A stretch of DNA of 64,000 nt from an uncultured Nitrospiraceae bacterium (GTDB lineage: Bacteria > Nitrospirota > Thermodesulfovibrionia > Thermodesulfovibrionales > UBA6898). Every line of letters starts with the position of its first letter. Position 1 is the first letter of the stretch. Of the stretch, positions 57,191-64,000 are shown piece by piece. The stretch lies in the NCBI GenBank assembly GCA_963811165.1, contig CAWEQH010000010.1:192001-256000 (forward strand), read 5' to 3'. The notes beneath the pieces were generated by a model. That model did no database searches and was not told the DNA's origin. It saw only the letters and a list, made by a program, of their open reading frames with translations. Position numbers and translations under genes: made by a program.

Positions 57191-57736
57191 ATGGTCAAAA
57201 ACGACCGCTGGATAATAGAGATGGCAGAGAAGGGCATGATAGAACCCTTCAATAACGAGCAGGTCAGGAAGGGCGTAATATCCTTTGGTGTAAGTTCTTA
57301 CGGCTACGATATACGGATATCGGACGAATTTAAAATGCCGAGTCCCGGTGGCGGCATTATCGATCCCAAAAACTTCAATGACTCTCAGTTCCGTGATTAC
57401 AAGGGTGACGTCTGTGAGGTCCCGGCCAATTCATATGTTATTTGCAGGTCCCTTGAATATTTCAGGATACCCCGGGAGGTCCTCGTCTTCTGCTTTGGAA
57501 AATCCACATATGCCAGGTCGGGTGTTATCGTCAACATTACCCCCCTTGAGCCTGAATGGGAGGGCAATATCACAATCTCTGTCTCCAACACTTCTCCCTT
57601 TCCGGTGAGGATATATGCCAACGAGGGTATTGCGCAGATCGTCTTTCTCGGGGCAAAGGACCTCTGTGAGACTTCCTATGCCGACAAGAAGGGGAAGTAT
57701 CAGGCGCAGAAGGGGATTGTCCTTCCGAAGATATGA
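57191..57736 (+). CDS. dcd: dCTP deaminase
   Basis: SSYGYDIR, GKSTYARSG, PLEPEWEG, YANEGIAQ, GKYQ. Confidence 0.95.
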   Translation: MVKNDRWIIEMAEKGMIEPFNNEQVRKGVISFGVSSYGYDIRISDEFKMPSPGGGIIDPKNFNDSQFRDYKGDVCEVPANSYVICRSLEYFRIPREVLVFCFGKSTYARSGVIVNITPLEPEWEGNITISVSNTSPFPVRIYANEGIAQIVFLGAKDLCETSYADKKGKYQAQKGIVLPKI

Positions 57737-57833
57737 CCGAGTTCCCTCGGAAGACTTGCTTTTGGGGTTGTTTTCCTTTCATAATAAGTAGCTTCAGGAG
57801 TTGTCTTTAAGCATTTCATTAGGGATGGGAAAG

Positions 57834-58553
57834 ATGGAGATTAATGAGAAATTAATTCTTGCCCTTGACGTTTCAGATGTAAATTATGCGATAGATCTTG
57901 TCAATAAATTAAGTAGTTATATAGGTATATTTAAAGTTGGTCTTGAACTATTTACGGCGGCCGGTCCTTCCATTATTCGTGAGATACACAAAAGGGAAAG
58001 AAAGGTATTCCTCGACCTTAAGTTCCACGACATACCGAATACCGTTTCAAAGGCCGGTATCACCGCTGCAAGATTAGGGGTCTTCATGTTCAACGTGCAT
58101 GCATCGGGCGGGCTTGACATGATGAAGAAATGCAGGGACGATGTGGTGAATGTCTGTCTCAGGGAGAACATCGACAGACCGAGAATTCTCGGGGTGACCG
58201 TACTTACAAGCATGTCGCGCGAAGTCCTGAGGGATGAGGTCGGCATTCAGCATAGCCTAAATACCCATATCAGACATCTCTCGGGACTTTCTCTCAAGGC
58301 CGGTCTTGACGGTGTCGTTGCCTCCGGCAGGGAGGCTGCGATGATAAGGGGCCATTGCGACAGAGGGTTTCTTATCATTACACCGGGCATCAGACCTTCA
58401 TGGGCTGCTATAGACGATCAGATGAGGACGATGACCCCGCGGGAAGCCCTAAGAGAAGGCGCCGATTATATTGTGATGGGCAGGGCGATATTGAGCCGGC
58501 CCGATCCGATTAAAGCGATTGAACTGATTACTGCAGAAATGCAGTCGGCGTAG
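57834..58553 (+). CDS. pyrF: Orotidine-5'-phosphate decarboxylase
   Basis: LILALD, FKVG, DLKFHDIPNT, VTVLTS, TPGIR, DDQ.R, MGR; exact start uncertain. Confidence 0.95.
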   Translation: MEINEKLILALDVSDVNYAIDLVNKLSSYIGIFKVGLELFTAAGPSIIREIHKRERKVFLDLKFHDIPNTVSKAGITAARLGVFMFNVHASGGLDMMKKCRDDVVNVCLRENIDRPRILGVTVLTSMSREVLRDEVGIQHSLNTHIRHLSGLSLKAGLDGVVASGREAAMIRGHCDRGFLIITPGIRPSWAAIDDQMRTMTPREALREGADYIVMGRAILSRPDPIKAIELITAEMQSA

Positions 58554-58568
58554 ATCTTTCCCACTGCC

Positions 58569-60021
58569 ATGCCGAAAGATATTCTCCCCCCTGTTCAAAG
58601 AGATACCCTTCGAGAACCCGGACATTGTCTACCGCAAGCTGCGAACGGCAAACAGTTTCCTTCTCGAAAGTGTCAAAGGTTCTTCACAGACGGCCAGGTA
58701 TTCTTTTGTCGGCTTCGAGCCCTACTTGACAGTGCAGGTCAAGGATGGCATTATCGGGATAGAGTTCGGGGGGAAAAAGACCGTATCTTCCAGAAGACCT
58801 TTGTCCCGGCTCCGGGAACTGCTTAACGGCTACAAGCAGCATCCAATTGCCGGCCTGCCTCCTTTTCAAGGCGGGGCAGTAGGGATGTTTACCTACGATT
58901 TTGTGAAGTATTGTGAGAATCTGCCGCACAACGCAAAAGACGATCTTCATCTGCCCGAGGCGCACTTCTTTATGATTGACAGGCTTGTGGCCTTTGACCA
59001 CCTGAAACACAAAAGCTGGATAATACTCTGCCCCGGCGCAAGGAATACCGCCCTGGGATATTCGGAAATCGGGGTGGACAAAAACCAATGCATAAAAGAG
59101 GCGCAAGAAGTCCTCGACACGATAGAGGCAAGGATTAGACAAAAAGCCCTTTCCGATGAGGAAAGGGTCACGACCTCGTGCGCTCACGACCCGGCGATAG
59201 AGATCGTGCATGACACTGGAAGAGACCGGTACGTGGCGATGGTAAAGAGGGCCAAGGAATACATCGCAGCAGGGGACATCTTTCAGGCAAACTTGTCTCT
59301 TCGTCTCAGCGCTGAAATAGGGAGCAGGGACCCCTGGAGCATATATGAAATTCTCAGGGAGATCAACCCGTCACCCTTTGCTTGCTTTATCGATTTCGGC
59401 GACTACCAGATCGCCGGTTCCTCTCCGGAAAGGCTTGTGAGGGTAAGGGAAGGTGTGATCGATACGAGGCCGATAGCGGGAACAAGGCCGAGGGGCGACA
59501 CTTCGGCAGGGGACGAGATGATGCGCGCTGAACTACTGCTCAATGAAAAAGAGCGGGCCGAGCATATCATGCTGATAGACCTGGAAAGAAACGATATAGG
59601 AAAGGTGTCCGATTACGGCACGGTCCGGGTCGATGAGTTTATGGCGACAGAGGACTATTCACATGTCATGCACATTGTCTCAAACGTGACGGGACGTCTT
59701 GCAGCCGGTAAAGATTGTTTCGATGTAATACGGGCGACATTCCCCGGAGGGACGATAACCGGTGTTCCAAAAGTCAGATGTATGGAGATCATAGATGAGA
59801 TCGAGCCGGTCAGGAGGGGGCCATATACCGGCTCGATAGGATATGTGGGTTTTAACGGGGCCATGGACCTTAATATTGTAATAAGGACTTTCCTCATAAA
59901 AGACCGGAAGGCATATATACAGGCGGGTGCGGGTATCGTTGCCGATTCGGACCCTCTGCGTGAATACATGGAGAGTTTAAAAAAGGCCGAGGCCCTCATG
60001 AGGACGCTGGAACGAATCTAG
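58569..60021 (+). CDS. Anthranilate synthase component I / PabB family protein (apparent +1 frameshift near the start)
   Basis: FLLESV...RYSF, GDIFQAN, SSPERL, PIAGTR, KERAEH, FPGGTITG.PK; ATG 58569 joins the main frame if one C is removed from the C run at 58586-58591. Confidence 0.88.
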
Positions 60022-62864
60022 ATCCCCGGCCTATCGGCTACCCATTGTGTTCCGCACATATACTGGAAGTCGCACTTCGGACAACTTTTCTTTCTGTTCG
60101 AGGTGGCGGCAAATGGGACCGCCGAGTCAACGATCTCTTCCAGAAGGCCCAAGATCACCGTTCTTAATCCATCAAATTTCGAAATCTCATCATCCGTATC
60201 GAACAAAGGAAGTTCAATCTCTTTGTTTATCAATGACCGGCCGAGAAGCAAAAACATTCCTCTGAGGTCCTCTATTTTTGTGCCGTGGCGCATAGAATAG
60301 AGGATGAGATAAAAAGGGAGCTGGAGGCTGCCGACGGCCCCATCCCAGGAAGCCCTGTCCTTAGGATCAAGCTTGTTGAAATTGATCTTCAGGTTCTTTG
60401 CATAGGAACCACTTTTATAATCGACTATGCAGATCTTATCGTCCCTTTTTTCGATTAAGTCCAGCCGGCCTTTGAGCTTGTAGGAGCTGAGAGTTGCTTC
60501 GATAGGCTCTTCCACCCCGATAAGCGTCACCTTCTTTTCCTTGATGGAGGGTATGCGGTATTTGCTGAGATAGTCTCTCAGGTGTGCTTTGATCTGGGCC
60601 TTCAGAAGGTACACGGCGCCGGTAAGGTTAGTGCCATATTCCCTGCCGAAAAGGACGCCGATCAAATTGTCCATCTCCTCCAGATCGATATCCGCTTCTT
60701 TGAGAACTCTATTGAGCCTTCTTGAGAAATATGATGAAAGAACGCGGTGGACGAACTTGCCGACATCGGCCCTTTCGATTTCCCCCGTGATCTCCTCCTT
60801 CTTCCCGAGATCAAGCACGTAACGGTAGTAAAACTGAAGCGGGCAATTGAGATATGTGTCAAGGGTCGTGGCACTGTAGGTGAAATCTTTCAAGAAGCTC
60901 GACTACCCTGTCGGTTTTAGGAATGCTCGTAGGGGTATCGTTCCCGAGCTTTACTTTGTACTGGACAGCCTGCACATAGTCGCTTGCTCTGGTAGATCTG
61001 TCCCTTTTCTGTCTTTCCCATAGGAGACTTTCTACGAAGCGCGATCTCTCCTTGGTATCATTCTCTACAAAGAAAATATGGACTTCCTTGGCGCCTCTCA
61101 CGAGATTATCGAAATAATAGGCCGACAGTTTGTCTCTGTCCAAATAGGTAGGCAGTTTCAGGATCTCCCGTGCCTTGAAAGGCAGAAGCGTATCCTCTTT
61201 AGAGGTGTCCGGGATCACCTCTTCATTAGCATCGAGAATAAACACAGTGTCGAACCTGATGTTTCTCGTTTCAAGGAACCCGAGGATCTGGACACCCTTG
61301 AGCGGGGTGCCGGGAAAGGGCACATGACCCATCATAATGTATTTTCTCACAAAGGTGAAGTAGCTTGTCCTGTCCGCAAACGACATGTCCTTCATCAAGG
61401 ATTTGGAGACTGTGTCCAAGGCCCTTATGAAGGACTCCGAAAAAGGGTAGAAGAGAGGATGAAGTCTCGCGGTACTGTTATTGAGGACAAATGTGAGAAG
61501 TTCGGTGCATTTTGCGGCGAAGTCCCCGATGTCCCTGAAGGAGAGAAATTTCTCAATTGTATTGAGATGGACCATCCTTAAGTGTCCCCTGATCTCAGCC
61601 CTGGTCATGCCTTCCTCTTCCTGGCGAAGCTTGCCCTCGATACCGTTGAGTATCCTTTCGTCGTTCTCCATCTCCGACAGGGTCGCAAACATTCTGGTCC
61701 TCGATTTTTGGAGTATCTCCTCTACGGTGTGAAATATGATCCTTGTGATCTCGGCGTTCCCCTTGCAGTAAATATTCTTCATGTACGGGTGCAGCACGAA
61801 TTTCATATAGTCGGGGACGTAAATACGGTCGTCTTCCATGGAGCCGATCAACTCCATGAGATTGTTAAGAAAGCCGAAGACCGGCGTCCTGTGCAATGGA
61901 TATCCAAGCGAAATGTTAAAAGCGTCCTTGTCTATACAGGTCATTCCCTGCCGGAGAAGGGGGAATAACGTCTCTGAAGACGGCAGTACGATTGTGGTTC
62001 TTTCGTCGGACAATATTTTTTTCTCCGAGTTTCCCCTGAGAATACTTCCAAGGGCGAAGACCTGGCCGTGGGTATCGGGGCTGCTGTAAAAATGGATTTC
62101 CGGCTCAGGGTCGAGACGGTCCGGCATTCCCGGTTTCTATTCCCAGTTCCGAGAGCCGATCTCCTAGGCCGGGGCCGTCCTGGAATATGAAGAGTACTTT
62201 TTTGTTCGGCAGCAGCTTCCTGAAGAGGTCCTTCTCGCTTCTGGTCAACGCATAGAATCCCGCGAATACCACCTTTTCAAACCTGTCAATGCCGCTTTCG
62301 AGGACCCTCTCTGCCATGCGGTATCTCATAGATCTGGTCGCCATGCCCAATTGGGACATTTTCTCGTAAAAGGTCTCGTAGAAAAAATGCAATGATTGAA
62401 GTCTCGCCAGCGCATGTTTGGGTATCACTTCATCGGTGAAGGGCTGGATTTCCTTTACCATGGCAGGAGGCACCCCCTCGATATAGAGCTCCTCAATGTC
62501 CGTGAAAAGCTTTATTCCAAGGGAAAAGAAACTATCGAGGGTGAGGAACATCTCTCCCCCAAGGGGTTTCGGGGCGCTCTTATGGATCTGGTAGAGGATG
62601 GCAATGGCATCGACCGTCTCCACATCCCTCGCGGGGTATACGGCTTCCGTAACGAAATCCATGAATCCGTCTATGGAAAGGATCAGGGGAGGTATGAAGC
62701 TGCCTTCTCCCTTTTGTGCTAATTCCCTTCGAAGGAAATGTGCCGGTCTTCTGCCTGGAAACACGACAAGGTTCCGAGAGTAGTCTTTCCCGTGAGGGCC
62801 AATAAGGCCTGCTGTCTTTTCGATAAGGTTTTCCTGCAGGACCTACGATCAGCGTGTTACTCAT
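60018..62864 (-). CDS. AddB-like PD-(D/E)XK nuclease, broken into four ORFs by three apparent frameshifts
   Basis: VFPGRRP N-terminus, QILGFLETR, YSAT.L..Y..CP..FY, GRLD...DYKSG, QL..Y, CxxC...C Fe-S ligands. Confidence 0.8.
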
Positions 62865-64000
62865 GTGCCCTGATTTCTCCGAGGTCTATATAAACGATCC
62901 TGCCTTCCAGGAGTCTGCCGGGATAAATGTCCTTCGCGATCTTCATATATTTTCTCATTTGTGCGCTGTATTTCTCCTCAGCCCAACCTTCTCCCCCGGT
63001 CTTGAAATCCAGGATCGTGACCCTTTCGGGGTCGATCACGACTCTGTCCATCCTAAAGAGATGTCCCTCCTCATCCGAGAATTCCTGCTCCCTTTTCACC
63101 TCTCTCCCGAAACGGGGCTCGAAGTAGGTCGCAATCTCCTTGCGTCCGAATAGGCGAAGAAGAAGGTCTTTCACTCCCTCCGCGTCTGACTCTGACGCTG
63201 TTTCTACGGTTACTTTTCTGATGATCTTCTCAAGCACGCTTTCCATGTCATCATGCAGATACTCCACATGGGAAATGACCCTGTGGATGAATTCTCCCCT
63301 CGCTCTCTCCTCGGACGCTTATCATCTCGTCCGTTCTGAGCCCTGCTTCTACTTGTTTAGGGTGATGTCTTACACTGAAGACCTCGGAAGATTTTGCGGC
63401 AGGAATGTCACACCTGTCAGGTTTTAGCGCGGCCGCAAAGTCGCTTGCGGGAAGGAGATCGAAGGGAAATGTCTCGCTTCCGCCCTTTACCCCGATTACG
63501 TAGAGCTCTTCTTTTGCCCGCGTGAATCCTACGTACAGGTTGTTTAGCCTGTTCACATTTTCCTTTGTCGCTTCCTCCTCATACAACCTCTCGAACGCGG
63601 GATCGCTGACCATGGTCTTCTTGTTGATCTTGAGCAGCCGCACTCCATCTTCCTCCTCCTCTATGATATAGTCAAACCCCCTGTTCCTGCCTTCATAGAG
63701 AAGTACAATAACTGCGGGGAATCCGAGCCCCTTTGCCTTATGGATCGTCATCACCTTGACAGCGTCAAGGGCCTTGGGGACATCCATATTCCACTCTGAC
63801 TCGCCGCTGTCGCTGTCGCCTGCGAAGTCAAGGAAGTCCCTGATGCTGTTGTATCCGGCCCCTTCGAACTCCTTGACCGCTTCGAGGATCTTTACCAGGG
63901 CCGCCTCTTCGTCCCCCAGTGTCTCAAAGACCCTGAAGACAGCGTAAGCCTCTGTCACAAGGTCGTAGATCGGAAAATACCCGGAGACCTTGAAAAGTCC
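62857..64000 (-). CDS. AddA-like UvrD helicase-nuclease, C-terminal part (runs off window; apparent frameshift near 63310)
   Basis: MTIHKAKGLGFP, LYVGFTRA, GEFIH in the shifted frame, RMDR...DFKTG, Q..KY. Confidence 0.85.

Noticed and set aside
60018..63330. Programmed ribosomal frameshifting in addAB
   Set aside because: Several shifts per gene without slippery heptamers; sequence error is simpler
1..64000. CRISPR array, rRNA or tRNA genes
   Set aside because: No regularly spaced repeat-spacer series, rRNA-length conserved tract or tRNA cloverleaf with T-loop consensus was seen by eye

Overview
A 64-kb bacterial chromosome segment. Gene content and protein style suggest an anaerobic Nitrospirota (Thermodesulfovibrionia-like) or deltaproteobacteria-like organism; this is inference. 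About 1-33.4 kb and 56-64 kb are mostly housekeeping: hypFDE, pdxJ-acpS-nnr-pgeF, ileS, a short thyA-like gene, hemW, mazG, dinB, galU, lon-thiL-rimO, rplI-dnaB, hypC-dcd-pyrF-trpE/pabB and addAB-like genes. A small TA/REP-transposase patch sits at 14.5-16 kb. An accessory block (33.4-41 kb) holds an IS110 element (about 35809-38956, minus strand) interrupted by an IS1202-family element with a 16-bp target duplication. The IS110 3' non-coding region folds into a ~178-nt bridge-RNA-like structure whose internal loop carries exact matches to both genomic flanks of the element. A 15-kb acetate/carboxylate module (40.9-56.2 kb) contains two CBS/cNMP/DUF294 nucleotidyltransferases, a DEDDh nuclease, a small membrane peptide plus SLC5-fused histidine kinase, a sigma54 activator with a matching -24/-12 promoter, an OFA-family transporter, acs, a deacetylase and AcuB. 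Other patterns: eight apparently leaderless genes, orphan Shine-Dalgarno motifs, several palindromic/heptamer repeat families, sub-60-aa ORFs and gene remnants, and clustered 1-nt frameshifts that are probably assembly errors. No rRNA, tRNA or CRISPR array was seen.
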